Origin: Eledone cirrhosa | Taxonomy: Eukaryota | Reading direction: 5' to 3' | Assembly (NCBI GenBank): GCA_964016885.1 | Contig: OZ024740.1 | Span: 71,610,001 to 71,674,000 of the forward strand | DNA: 64,000 bases | Part shown: positions 27,468-41,065 of the stretch, piece by piece | How the letters are laid out: every line of letters starts with the position of its first letter | How positions within the stretch are numbered: the first letter of the stretch is position 1 | Made by a program: the position numbers and the translations under genes | The notes under the pieces: model-generated | Told to the model about the DNA's origin: nothing | The model's database searches: none | What the model saw: only the letters and a program-made list of their open reading frames with translations

Positions 27468-27694
27468 TTAACCCTTTAGCATTTACATTACTCTATATTT
27501 ACTATTATATTTTCATGGTAAAGGCTTTACCTTGCATAATTATCTCACATATTATCGAGTCTGAGATTTTGATATTATTTATTTTGAGAACCATACCTTA
27601 ACATCAGTATGAGTAGCCAGTTATGGCCGGTTTGAACAGAAAGAAGTGAGAGAATTCTGGCCGGATACGGCCGGTTTAAATGCTAAAGCGTTAA
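27468..27694. mobile_element. piggyBac-type MITE
   Basis: TTAA at 27468-71 and 27691-94; terminal inverted repeats CCCTTTAGCATTTA / TAAATGCTAAAGCG (1 mismatch). Confidence 0.8.
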
Positions 27695-30600
27695 TATGTA
27701 GGACGTTGGTCTAGTGAACTGAGGACTGATTTTGATTTGAGCACTTTTGGTAGATAAGTCAGTGCCTAAGTAACTTGTTCTCCTACTAATTAGTTATATT
27801 GTTAATGATTTTAAAACCAAGAATGGGGTTTTAATTGGGAGAAAAATAGGATGTTGTGGCTTTTGTATATGTGACACTAGCGATTAAAATGGACGTAGAG
27901 ATGCTCAGAATTTATTACTTTTCTAAATATTTCATTTTTATTTATGAGTTAGGGGAAAACATTTGTAAGTAGGCTGGTGAGATATATATAACTGATGCCC
28001 AGCCTGAACATCTGCAAGTCAATGTTTGCAGAAAAAACATGAGCTGGGAGGGAACCAAGCATCTAATCTAAATGCCTGTAACTGAATGATTCTTCTAAAG
28101 GCACCCAAAGGATCAGGTAGTGGTGTTAAACCAGGTGGTATGTGATATTTTCATGAATCCTAATTGTGACAAATCCAAAAATATATATAAATCCCTAAAG
28201 TTACTATTTTAGTTTTATTAGCCCTACCCAATAAGTTTATTAAGAATTTGGATACAAATAATGTTCTTAGTAATTTTTAGTCATAAATTACTTACCCTGA
28301 TCACCCAGGGCAGGATTAATCATTAAAACGGTCAGTTATTTTTTATGTATTCAAAAAGTTTTATGGCATGGCTTAATGCCAGGCTCCGACTGTTCAAACT
28401 ATATGACATCTGAATACAAGATCAAATACTGTAACTAATGAAACACACCTAGCATGTCAGATTATTTCTAACATAGTTGAGTTAGTTTTTTGTGACCATG
28501 CTGTCTATTTTTGATTGCTTAGTCATCACCATCATCATAAACATCATTTTGTGTCTGCTTTTCCATGCTTACATTTGGTTGGATGGGTCTTTTTCAGCAC
28601 AGCATCCCTCCACTTCATCATCTCTGCAACAAATTAAGACCCTTCATCATCTCTGTGAGCTTCAGCAATTTGTGATCGGCTTTCACCCCCCCCCCCTTAA
28701 CCTTGCTTGGTCTTCATCTACAGTGTCCTTGTAGTTAAGTTGGTTCTGTTTTAACCCATACTGGAGTTTCAACCAAGTTCCTTGACTGGCCCTATCTAAC
28801 AATGAAATCTTTTAAAGTTTTCTTTCTGCTGACTAAAAATGGGAACTTTTTTGCTTTAAGATCAAGACATATCCCTTAGGGCTGTATTTTTACACTGGCA
28901 ATTTTGTTGTGGGTATTTATGTTATCTAATCAACAGAACTATGATAGATAAACCTAGAAGAATTGAGCATCCCTGGCATGTGATTCACAGTGAAATCTAA
29001 TTTTACTTATCTGGCTGTAATCATTCTAACATGTGACTAACATTTTATGATGCTTGGAATTCCTGTAAGGTGGGTTTCCTGTTAGGTGGGTTTCCTGTTA
29101 GATGAATTTCTCAGTACCAGTTTTAATTTAATGCCACCCTAACTGAAGATTTGAATGTAAAAGTAGTTCACTCTGCCAGTTATTTTAGTACAAGGAAAGA
29201 TGTTGAATGCTGTTGTATATTTTGGATCTAACAATTATTCCTTTGACCAGCTTTTTTTAAAATGTTTATCTTAAATTGCTCTTGGGTATGTCAACAAGTG
29301 GTAGTTGTAGTAGTAGTCTTTTTCATTTATTTGTTTCATTGTGGAACAAGTATCATACTTGTCTTCCCCTTGTAGCATAGAAACTGGCCAAACTTGGCTG
29401 CCACAAAGCCAATTCTATTCAATTTGATCATATTGGGCCTTTATTAGTAGGAAAACCTCAACTGAATACCACAAAAGGTTATATATTGATATAAAAATAT
29501 TGATTTTTTTTACTATTATTAAAAGATTTTAAAAGGATATCAATATTTTAACACCATTAGTATTATGAATAAATTCTAAAATGTTAAATCTTTTTTAACT
29601 CATGTAGCCAATTTAAACTTTGCAACTCCATTATCAATTATTTTATCTTTTTGTGGTTCCCAAAAATTGATGTAAAATTATTTATTAATTTGTTGCTTTT
29701 TAGTCATATTTTCTCATAGAATGTGGGAAGAGCTGCAATGTTTGAGTAAATATGAAACATACTTGTTGAAATCAGATGCCAGGAGATGAATGATTCACTA
29801 GAATAAATAACAAATCAACTAATTAGTGGCCCATTAGCTTAACTAACTTAATCCATACTATAATGAAATTTTAGAAATTAAATGACCAAATGGATATTAT
29901 ATTGGACTACCAAATCAAATGCCTTGAGTTCACACCCACGGGAGGAGTTTCTTGGTGTATAAAATACACATCCCCTCATCAAGCTGTCATAAATAGATTT
30001 CTCAATATTTTTCATACCAGCATTTTGGAAAGTATACCATTGTTTCTATAAAGCATTTTCATCATGTATGATAATAGATTAGGTCTTTGGGGTTGGTGGA
30101 TGTTCACACTCGATCTTGAGTGATGAGTAACCTCAACAACAGAACTTTGTACAGCCTTACCAAAATAGCTTATGCAGCTGCCTTACTAATAAGTTGTCAC
30201 TTTGCCAACCATATTGCATGACTGCCTGCATAACTGTTGACAATTTTTGATTCAATAGATTTTCACAAGCGTTGGTTATTCTTAAAGTCTGAAATATTGA
30301 TTTCTAATTTAGACACAAGGCCAAAAATTTTGGGTGATTGAAAAGTTCATTAAATCAACCCCAGTACTTAACTGGTATTCTATTTTGACCCCAGTGTAAA
30401 AAGTCGAATACCTCAGTGGCATTTTATTTACAATTTCATTACCCTTAAAACCTGAAGTATTAAATTCATTTTTAAGTTGGATACCTTAAAGAGTTAAATA
30501 ATAATTGGAATTTTCATTCCTACTAATATGATTTTTTATGAATCTCTCTCCTTTTAAATTATATCTCATTTCCTTCATGTGTTTTATTTGTTCATATTCT

Positions 30601-31134
30601 TTTACTGGTTTCAGTCATTTGACTCCAAGCTATGTTGAAGCACCACCTCAACTATAGTTGACCCCAGTACTTATATTTTCAAGTCTGATACATGGTATTG
30701 ATCTCTTTGTAGTGGAACTGTTAAGTTACAGGACATAACACAGATATAATGTAGACACATACACACAGACATGCATTTCATTTGAAATTTTAGGGGTGGC
30801 TAATTTTGGAGGGAACTCTGAACAGATGTTGATTTAAACTAAGTCAGGATAGAAACAGGCATGAATAATAATGCCTTTGTAAATTAACGACTGAGCCATT
30901 GATACTCATCAATTCAACATTCAAATAAGTCAGTTTTGTGTCTAAGTGCTTATTTTTTCTTCCTTTATAGAAATGCTTGTGTGGTTACAAGTTATATTTG
31001 CTGATTTTTTTTCACTGCTGTCTAACTCTGAGGGTGATGAATTTCTCATTTGCTTAATTCATTTAAGAGATGTGTGTGTAATGTGTTATAGCAGTATTAT
31101 CCCACCATTGCATTATTCATGTCCTAATTATTTA

Positions 31135-31335
31135 AGCGGTAGATTAGCTGAGTAGTTACAGTGTTGGACAAATGGTTCTTTACTTTCTGAGTTCTAATCC
31201 CACTGAGGTCAATTTTACCTTTCATCCTCTCAGGGTCAATAAAATAAAGTACCAGTTAAGTGCTACAGTCGATATAATCAATTTTCCCTTCCCCCAAAAA
31301 AACTGCTGACCTTGTGCCTAAATTAGAAATCCTTA
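31135..31335 (+). mobile_element. Meta-domain SINE (older)
   Basis: ctgagttctaatcccactgaggtcaattttacctttcatcctctcagggtcaataaaataaagtaccag..ctgaccttgtgcctaaattagaaa. Confidence 0.75.
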
Positions 31336-32042
31336 TTTATACCATGAAGATACACATTTCTTTATGCAGCCAGCAGACAGGGTAAGAGAAACTAGTGAAT
31401 TAGTTCGGGGACAGAAAATTAAATTCTCTATCCACACAAAATCGTTTCCCTCACTATTTAACGTATAAGTGTGCACTCTGCTTTCCTTTTTGGTTGGTAT
31501 CTTAATGATGCTGGCTTAATTAAAGCATTGAGTGAGTGACAGAACAATCGAAGATACACTGGTTCTTCCAATGATTTTGTTTCAATATGTATATATATAT
31601 ATATATTATTATTATACATGTGCTTACAAGTAAAAAACAATAAAAGAAATGGACTTGGAGGTGAGTAGATAACTGAAAATCATAGGCTCATACTAACTAG
31701 CCTACCTACCTCCACCCTTTTGGCCTGACCATGTGGTGGACACTGTAGTATTGCATTAAGTTCTTGGAGAACTAAGACTTACTTGACCTGATTCTGATTC
31801 GTAATTAGGATCTTTTTGTAAATGATGAGTGTGAGTGTATGTGCGCTCATGTTATCAACTGCAGAGGGGTAATTTGTATGATACAGGCACATCAGATGTC
31901 CCTCAAGAGAAATCAACATTTTTGTGGAAACATTTAGTTACAAATAAATGGTATACTACATCCTATCTTCATGAAAGCTAATATTGTCTTAATATTGTGT
32001 GTAATAGCATTAATAGTAATAATTTCTAACATAAATAATAAT

Positions 32043-32227
32043 GGTTTCTACTATTGGCACAAGGCCAGCAATTATCCAGTACATTACTGGTACTTTATTT
32101 TATCGACCCCGTAAGGATGAAAGGCAAAGTTAACCTTAGCGGGATTTGAACTCAGAATGGCAAGGGCCGTAATTCTATGCGTACAGCAAGGTGTTCGACC
32201 CTCTACCGATACTGCTAATTCACTGCC
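32043..32227 (-). mobile_element. Meta-domain SINE (young, same subfamily as 3859 and 46142)
   Basis: Reverse complement of 3859-4042; ATAATAAT on both sides. Confidence 0.85.
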
Positions 32228-32235
32228 ATAATAAT

Positions 32236-32452
32236 AGTTTCTGATTTAGGCAAAAGGCCAACAATTTTAGGGGAGGGAGAAAGTCGATTAAATCGACCCC
32301 GAGACATTACTGGTGCATTATTTTATCGACACCATAAGGATGAAAGGCAAAGCTAACCTCGGTGGGGCTTGAACACAGAACGCAAAAGGCCGTAACTCGA
32401 TACTGCAAGGCATGGTGTCCGATACTCTACTAATTCTGCCATTCCATCGCCC
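32236..32452 (-). mobile_element. Meta-domain SINE
   Basis: ttttatcgacaccataaggatgaaaggcaaagctaacctcggtggggcttgaac; TTCTAACATAA at 32024-34 and 32453-63. Confidence 0.85.
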
Positions 32453-32928
32453 TTCTAACATAACTAATGATAAAAACAAATTATCATAATTGAAACCCTA
32501 TTACTATCATCAGCCATATTTGCATTTTTTACCAGAAAGTATATTTGAAATGAAGGAAGTCTTTAATAAAAATAGGAAATACCTAAGTATTTAATCATTT
32601 GCAAAATATTTAATTGATATCAATTTCTTGCTGATTAATTTTTTTATTCCATAAGTGATACTACAGATTTGGTATAAGATATTGAATCTATGCTACTCAC
32701 TATAATAATAATAATATATATATATATACATACACATACATGCATATTATTATTATTATTCTTGGAGTCTCAGTCATTAAATGTTATTTAACTGGAAAGT
32801 TTGTTGAAATGAACATCAAGCCACTACCTGCAGCTTCAGATATTGAGGACGTATCGGAGGGTTCTTGCTGTTCCCAGCAAGCATGCCTTTTGAAGTGTTG
32901 TTATTATTATAATATATATACATATGTG

Positions 32929-33190
32929 AAGGCACGTGGCCTAGTGGTAAGGGTGTTGGACTTATGATCGTAATGTCATGCGTTCGATTCCTGAGCTGGG
33001 TTGCGTGTTGTTTTCTTGAGTAAAACACTTTATTTCATGTTGCTCCAGTATACTCAGCTAAAAATGTGTACCAGCAATAGCTGGGGGTTTAACTCTGCGA
33101 TGAAGTGGCGTCCTGTCCAGGGGGAAGTCTTGTACTCTCGGTCGCTTCATGCCATGAAACCGGGATAAGCACCGGCAGTGCACGAGGGCA
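32929..33190 (+). mobile_element. tRNA-derived CORE-like SINE with a different 3' domain
   Basis: ggcacgtggcctagtggtaagg A-box, gttcgattcc B-box, cttgagtaaaacacttt core, then ctgcgatgaagtggcgtcctgtccaggggg..gcttcatgccatgaaaccgggataagc. Confidence 0.75.
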
Positions 33191-33835
33191 TGCATACATA
33201 CATGGGCCTTCGTCAGTTTTGATGATGAATGTTCCAGTTGTTCAATCAATGGTGCAAATGGCTGAACATTTTACAGACATGTTACACCCTTAACATAATT
33301 CCCAGGAATATTCAAGATGACACAGTGTGTGATAAAGCTGGCCCTTTGAGTTACAGGTACAGTTTGTATGATAGGTTTCTAAACAGTTTCCGTCTGCCCA
33401 ATTTCATTTATATGGTTTGGTTCTACTTGAAGCTATGGTAAATGACGCTTGCCCAAAATGCAATACAATGGGATTGAACCTGAAACCACATCGTTGCAAA
33501 GGAAGCTTTTTAACCACACAGCCATGCCTGCATCTATTACTATTGATATTTAAAATTTAAAAATTAAGAGAGAAAGAAAATCTTACTGTTATTTTAGAGA
33601 TGAAGATAACTAACATTCCTACATCAAAATATTCTTTGAATTTCCACTTCTCTCAGTCATCTTTCTAATAGTTTATCAGACTATCAGACTGCCTGACTAT
33701 TAGTCTGTGTATGTGTGTATTTTTAGTATATATATAAAGATATTGATGCATATTATACTATATGTATATATCATCATCATCATCATCATCGTCGTTTACC
33801 ATCCAATTTCCATGCTAGCATGGGTAGATCGAGCT

Positions 33836-33965
33836 GAGAGTACTCCATACTTGGGGTAGTAGAGTATGGTTATATTTTAAATAGTCGGGACCCTGATGGC
33901 TGAGCTCTTGTTGTTTCAATAGTTGTTGAAACGGCAAGAGCTCAGTCATTGAGGTCCTGACTCGT
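33836..33965. repeat. Box-plus-hairpin short element, copy E1
   Basis: agagtactccatacttggggtagtagagt followed by a 38-bp stem (33883-33920 / 33925-33962), then (TA)n. Confidence 0.75.
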
Positions 33966-33987
33966 TATTATATATATATATATATAT

Positions 33988-36900
33988 CATCATCATCATC
34001 ATCATCATCAGGTTTAGCGTCCGTGTTCCACGCTTGCATGGGTTTGGACGGGGGTTTTCCCACTTGAGGCAAGAGTGGTTGTCTTGCTCACATAGGACTG
34101 TCTGGCGGGTTTTCTACAGTTGGATGCCCTTCCTAACACCAACCACATTTACAGTGTGGGGCTGGGAGGTTTTTACCGTGTTGCCTACACGGCCACATTA
34201 CAGCGTGGACTGTCTGGCGGGTTTTCTACAGCTGGATGCCCTTCCTAACACCAACCACATTTACAGTGTGGGGCTGGGAGGTTTTTACCGTGTTGCCTAC
34301 ACGGCCACATTTACAGCGTGGACTGTGTGTTTTTTGTCGTGACACCTACACGATCTCATTTGTTTCGGCCTAGATGTTGTGGGACCAACATAACTTTACA
34401 TTGAAAGGGGCGGTGTGGATGGGGTGGAGGTGGTGGGATGGGGGTGTGTTTTGATAGAGATGCCTACTGACTGTAGTAGGTTTTTACTTTGTATTTAGGT
34501 AAGGCGGGTCTTCTCTATTACTGAGTACCGCCAAAGGTCTCGGTCCAGTGACATTGTCTTGGAGAGGTGTGAGGTCGGAATTTATCAGCTCGTCCCATGT
34601 TTTTCTGGGTCTGCCTACTCCGTGGCTACCGTCTATCTTTATTGCCCTGCACTTTGTTATACAGCTGTCGTCTTTCATGCGCATCACGTGACCGTACCAA
34701 CGTAGCCTTCTCTCGAGTAAACAACATCTGATCCCTCTTATTTCTAATTTTTCCCTTAGTTCGTTTATGCTTTGCCGTTCACGTATATTACTATTGCACA
34801 TCCAGCGGAGCATGCAAGCTTCGTTCCTCTCTAGTCTGTGTATATCCTCTGCACACAATGCCCAGGTCTCACTGCCATGCAGCATTGCTGTTCGTATGCA
34901 GGCATCGTATAACCTGCCTTTCATTTTTAGGGAGAACCCTCTAGCGGCTAATAGTGGTATAAGCTCTCTGAACTTTTTCCATCCAGTTCTGACTCTAGCT
35001 ACTGTACTTTCAGAGCACCCTCCCCCACTGCTGATTTTGTCACCCAGGTAACGGAAGCTGTCCACTATTTCTATAGAACCCTCTGCGCAGTTGAAGGAGC
35101 TAGTATTTTGTGGGCACTTGCTGCTACTTATTGCACCAGAGCACCGGCCACATGTAAAATCTATGTTCTTAGTTAGCTTACCTGTGATCCCGCTACATCT
35201 TTTATGCACCCATACTTTGCATTTGGGACATAAAATGGAGTTTCTACCTACGCCTTTCCTACACACTGAGCATGGCCATTTCCCAGATGGGACCGCCGCC
35301 TTATTTTCTTTCCTACAAACTAGAACTTTAGTCTTAGCCAGGTTAATTTTAAGGCCTTTTGATTCTAGGCCGTGCTTCCATGTTTGGAATTTCTTCTCTA
35401 GCTCGGTCATTGATTCAGCTATGAGCGTTAGATCATCTGTGTATAGGAGTTCCCATGGGCAGCCGGTCTTGAACTCCTCTGTTATAGCCTGAAGGGCAAT
35501 AATAAATAGTAGGGGGCTAAGAACAGAGCCCTGATGGACACCAACTTTTACGCTAAACTCTTCACTATATTCGTTGTTAATTCTAACCTTACTGACTGTT
35601 TCTTTATACATGGCTTGTATAGCTCTCACAAGCCATTCGTCAACACCTAGTTTTCTAAGAGACCACCAGATAATGGAACGGGGGACTCTGTCGAAGGCTT
35701 TCTCCAAGTCAACGAAAGCTAAGTATAGGGGTTTACTTTTAGCTAGGTACTTCTCCTGTAGCTGTCGTACAATGAAAATAGCGTCTGTGGTACTTTTGCC
35801 TGACACAAACCCGAACTGCATTTCATCTAGATCAATTCTCTCTCTGATTAGTTGCGCTATTACTTTTTCCGTGACCTTCATGACCTGGTCGATTAATTTA
35901 ATGCCTCTATAGTTACTCCTATCTAGGGCATCTCCTTTTCCCTTATAGCAGTTAACGATGATGCTGCTACGCCAGTCCTTCGGAACAACCCCATTCTGTA
36001 CGACTTGGTTAACTATCCGGGTGACCATGGTGTGTCCCACCAAACCAGATGCCTTCAGCATCTCAGCAACTATTTCCGAAGGACCAGCCGCCTTACCCGT
36101 CTTCATATCTTTGATTGCCTTGCTTATTGTACTACCCTGGACTAACACTGCTGGTCCCTCTATTGGGTCGATGTGGGGGAGACTGTCTTTCTCCCATTTG
36201 TTCTCCTCATTTAGAAGCCTTTTGTAGTGACACTTTCAAGCTACCTTCTTATCAGCGTCGGTGATGGCAAGTATGCCATCATCGTTAAGTACACACTTCT
36301 CCCCGACAATATCACGGTTTTCCTTGACACATTGCCTGGCAATCCTGAACACCTCACGTTTTTGGTCCTCACGTTGTAGAACATGCTTGAACTTTCTTTC
36401 CTCTGCTTCCCTTCTTGCGAAGTACACTTGTCTCCTAGCTTCCCTCCTGGCCACTTGATAGTCGTCTCTACTTCCCCCATCCCGCCATAGTTTCCAAGCC
36501 TGCTTTTTGGCCTTAATTGACTCCTCCACCTTACTGTTCCACCACCATGTTACTCTCCTCCTGCCTACAGGCCTGCTCCAGCCACAGACTTCGTCTGCCG
36601 CCATCAGCAGGTTTGCTTTCAGGAATTCCCACTGTTCCTCTATATTATACGACTCTAATTGCTCTTCCTTACTGTCGAAAGCGTTAAGTAATATGCTTTG
36701 AAATTTATTTCTGGCTATGGGGTCCTTTAGCCTCCATATTTTTCTCCTGAGGATAGTCCTCTTCCGCTGTCTAGTACGTCTCGTCCTGACTATGAGGTCG
36801 CTCATTATCAGTCTATGTTGGGAGGTGAATTCTTCATGGGGGAGGGATTTAGTGTTAACAACAGACACTCTGTCACGTCTTCTGGTAAGGATATAATCTA

Positions 36901-37450
36901 CCTGGCTTGTGTATTCCCCCGATCTATAGGTGATCAAGTGATTGTCTCGTTTTTTGAAGTTAGTGTTACAGATAGTTAAGTTATTTGCATCACAGAATTC
37001 CAGGATTCTGGAGCCTTCCTCATTTCTAGTACCGAACCCATAGCCTCCATGGATTCCGTCATAGCCGTCACAATGTTGTCCAACGTGACCATTTAGGTCG
37101 CCTGCAATAACTATATAGTCACTGTCGGTTATTTGGGAGGTAGCGAGCATCAGTGTCTCGTAGAATCTGTCTTTTATAGCGCCGGGCAGTCCGGATTGTG
37201 GTGCGTACGCAGATATTACTGTCACCGTAGTTTTATTGAGGACAAGTCTTATTTTAATTATTCTGTCGTTCACTCTATTTACGTCTATTATCTTATCTGC
37301 CCACTTTTCTGCTACCATGATTCCTACCCCACCCAACCCATTGTCATTTCCCACCCAGAAAAGCTTATAACATCGTTCTTTACCCACGATGAATCTAGCC
37401 GACCCTCCCCTCCACCTGGTCTCTTGAATACAACAAACATCGACCTCCTT

Positions 37451-37452
<2 letters not shown>
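33988..37452 (-). mobile_element. RTE-clade LINE copy A, 5'-truncated
   Basis: (CAT)n tail at 33988-34010, 3'UTR, RT and APE endonuclease; homology with copy B stops at ccttac (37452). Confidence 0.95.
34495..37452 (-). pseudogene. RTE ORF (APE endonuclease + RT + PHD finger), disrupted
   Basis: ORFs 36236..37387 ([20 protein letters not shown]) and 34484..36148 (QFGF, VDLEKAFDRV, HQGSVLSPLLF, YTDD, FRYLG); TGA at 36236-38, YADD changed to YTDD, 8-bp deletion near 34569. Confidence 0.95.
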
Positions 37453-38121
<669 letters not shown>

Positions 38122-38178
38122 ATATATATATATATAATGAAGGAGTTGTGGTAAGGAACCAGATGGACCATAATGCAC

Positions 38179-38289
38179 CAGAGTACTAAATACTTAGGGT
38201 AGTAGAGTGGGTAATAGGAAAAAATATGACCCCGACAGCAGAGTTCAAGCCGTCGAAACGGCTTGAGCTCTGCCGTCGGGGTCATACTT

Positions 38290-38293
<4 letters not shown>
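38179..38293. repeat. Box-plus-hairpin short element, copy E2
   Basis: cagagtactaaatacttagggtagtagagt then a stem 38218-38253 / 38258-38293 around a CGAA loop, then (TA)n. Confidence 0.8.
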
Positions 38294-38326
<33 letters not shown>

Positions 38327-38395
38327 CATACAAGAGAGAGAGAGAGAGAGAGATCAGGAATTTACCAGTTTTAAACTTGTAAGACCATTATTCAG

Positions 38396-38525
38396 CAGAG
38401 TATTCAATACTTGGGACAGTAGAGTGTAAATATATTAGACTATTTGACTATACTCTTGCCATTTCGACAGCAAATTCTCATTTGGGGAATTTGCTACCAA
38501 CACAGCAAGTGCTCAGCCCCAACTC

Positions 38526-38530
<5 letters not shown>
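38396..38530. repeat. Box-plus-hairpin short element, copy E3
   Basis: cagagtattcaatacttgggacagtagagt, degenerate outer arms (ctcttgcc..gcaagtgctcag) and inner stem agcaaattctc/gggaatttgct, then (TA)n. Confidence 0.7.
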
Positions 38531-38575
<45 letters not shown>

Positions 38576-38795
38576 ATTCATGCTTAGGTTTTTATGTATA
38601 GATAAATGTTTTTCTCATAAAAATTTCAGGTGGCATCTCATAGTGCATGAATAAATCAGTCTGTTATATTATGGAATGTATTTAGGCTTGCTGTGAAGGA
38701 ATTTCCAATATGTAGTTGATGATAATGAGAGACTGTTGTATCAATGATAGTATTTCAAGATTAATTGAAGCCAAGGTTTTATGTTCTTTCATTGT

Positions 38796-38817
38796 TACAC
38801 ACACACACACACACACA

Positions 38818-38863
<46 letters not shown>

Positions 38864-38922
38864 GACACACACACACACACACACACAAACCTTTCCTCTC
38901 TCTCTCTCTCTCTCACACACAC
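38796..38922. repeat. (CA)n-(CT)n microsatellite
   Basis: Direct inspection. Confidence 0.95.
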
Positions 38923-40129
38923 AAACTTACACGTGCACATGCATAAAAAATATATGGCCAAATGAGCGAGCCTCTACATAGTCAATCAACCTGCTGGAAG
39001 TAGCAACCAAAAATACAAGATGGTCATACCTTGCATACTTTACCCTGCAAACAGGAGGCCTGTATTTTAATTTATCCTGTCAGCTTCACTCTCAAGAGAT
39101 GGACATGTATTTTGTTGTTCATTATTGATTAGCCATCATTAAGCAGACCTATGAAGAAAGATGTCTCACATGTAACATCATCATTATTGTTTAACATCTG
39201 TTTTCCTTTCTATCAAGAGTTAGACATATTGTCACAGACTTATTAATACTCATGTGGGTCCTCTGACCTTCAGGTGGGCCGGGGGCCCAACATACAATCC
39301 TATGGTCTATTGACTGCATTTTAACACTAGGGGGCTTGTCATGTCTTTGGCATTGTTGAAAAGTCTTCCCGACCCTTTGTTTGGCAGGTTTTCTACAGCT
39401 TGATGCTCTTTCTGACACTTTACAGAATGTACTGGGTGATCGTTTATTGTGTAAATCACCAATACTAGAGAGGTTGTCATGCCCCTGTCACAATTAGAAG
39501 TCCTCTTGACTCTTTTGGGATGGTTTCTGCAGTGGGGAGCCCTTCCTATCATCAACCTCATACAGAGTGTTTTGGATGCATTTATCCTTTAACAACCTTT
39601 AACAGAAGTTGTTGGCATCTTGTATTTTATTCAGATGTATCTAGGTCTACATTGTGCAAATATCTCCTGTGTTTTGGGGGTTTTTTTTCACAGTGATTGA
39701 GAAAGATTTAGCTGATATTTCTAATAGATCAAGCAAAGTTCACAGTGAACTTGGATATAATCAGTGATGTTGCTATCTGGAACAGATGGAAATTTACTTA
39801 TGTGATATTACATTCTTCCCTTATCATTATTATTACTAATATGTTAAGTCCACAATTAACATAGAAAACGAAACATAATCTAGTCATGTATATTTGGCTT
39901 GACTCAACTTGGGTGAGGCTTTTTGAGACATTTTAAATTCCATATCTACAGATATAAAATTAAAATCTCAATTTTCTAATTAACTTAGCATGCATTCTTG
40001 TGATTATGGTGGTGCTGATGTTGAAAATTATAATGATGTTGCTGAAGGTGATGATAATGATAACAATGATGATAGAGATGGCGTCAATGAGGAAAATGAT
40101 AATGACTATGACAGTGGGTAGCTCCATTG

Positions 40130-41065
40130 CAAGTCCTTGAAAAGGGCAAGGCTTTCATTCAATTTCATTTTCTCTAGTTAATTGGTTGGGAAGCAGAATG
40201 TACATTACAGCAGTTCTGCAGAAACATTTTTCAAAGAACGAGAAAAGAAAACATTTCAAATGTGGAATCTAAGGTTAGAGTCGAGAAGATTTTAAGTAAT
40301 CCTAGCAAAGACAAAAGCTTTAGTTAGCAGGAAAGAAGACAGGATTCTACCATCTTCTGGGATGTTATTTTACTCGATATGCAGAAAAGGAGTAGGTAGA
40401 AATTCTATATGGTGTACCTAACATAAACAACGGGTGCCTAAGATGTGTAATGGGATCATATGTAGGCTGATAGAGAAGGAGGACTTAGTATGTGGCAAAT
40501 GTACAGTAGTAGTTAGTACCTATGAAATACATTCTTTCTAATGTTTGGAGTGTTCCCTGGAAGTAATTGATAGCCTCTGTTGCCTAGGTTATCTAGTCTG
40601 TAGTGGAGTATAGTATTCTGAAAGCATAGTAGCCAGAGTAAGAACAAAATGAAAAATAGTTCAGGAAGGGGTTAATTGTATGGTGCTTGTGTACGAAATG
40701 TGATGCTGCATGGTAGCATATGAATGTTGAATATGGAAAATGTGTGATATTTGAAAAGAAAAGAGATAAGCATATTTTTCCGCATGGATAATGTTAACAT
40801 GTATGAACAACTGGGGAGAAAAACTAGTATAAGAAGAATCGGATGTAATGTGCCTCAGAGAAGACTGTTTCTATGAACTTCTGATGTGTATGAAGTATGA
40901 CAGTTGGGTAAAGAAGTGCTGGGTAATCCAAGTGAGAGGAATTTGTAGGAGAGAAAGGCTGGAACATATGAAGAAGTGGTAAAATCTGATCTCACAAGGC
41001 TAAACTTCACAAAAGAGATGATAAATGGTTGCAATGAGTATTAAAATACTGTGTTAGAGAAGGTG
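40130..41065 (+). pseudogene. Old degenerate RTE LINE, RT C-terminal half
   Basis: aaacatttcaaatgtgg, gcagaaaaggagtaggtagaaattctat (RKGVGRNS), tatgtggcaaatgt, agtagccagagtaagaaca (VARVRT), gcttgtgtacgaaatgtgatgctgcatggtagc (ACVR..MLHGS). Confidence 0.8.

Noticed and set aside
29060-29107. Three 16-bp tandem units ttcctgttaggtgggt
   Set aside because: Ordinary local slippage duplication
34767-36701. Plus-strand ORFs over RTE A, and equivalents over B and C
   Set aside because: Antisense shadows of the RTE ORF; they recur only because the copies are homologous
40005-40115. Asp/Asn-rich codon-like stretch
   Set aside because: Decayed (GAT)n microsatellite without splice support
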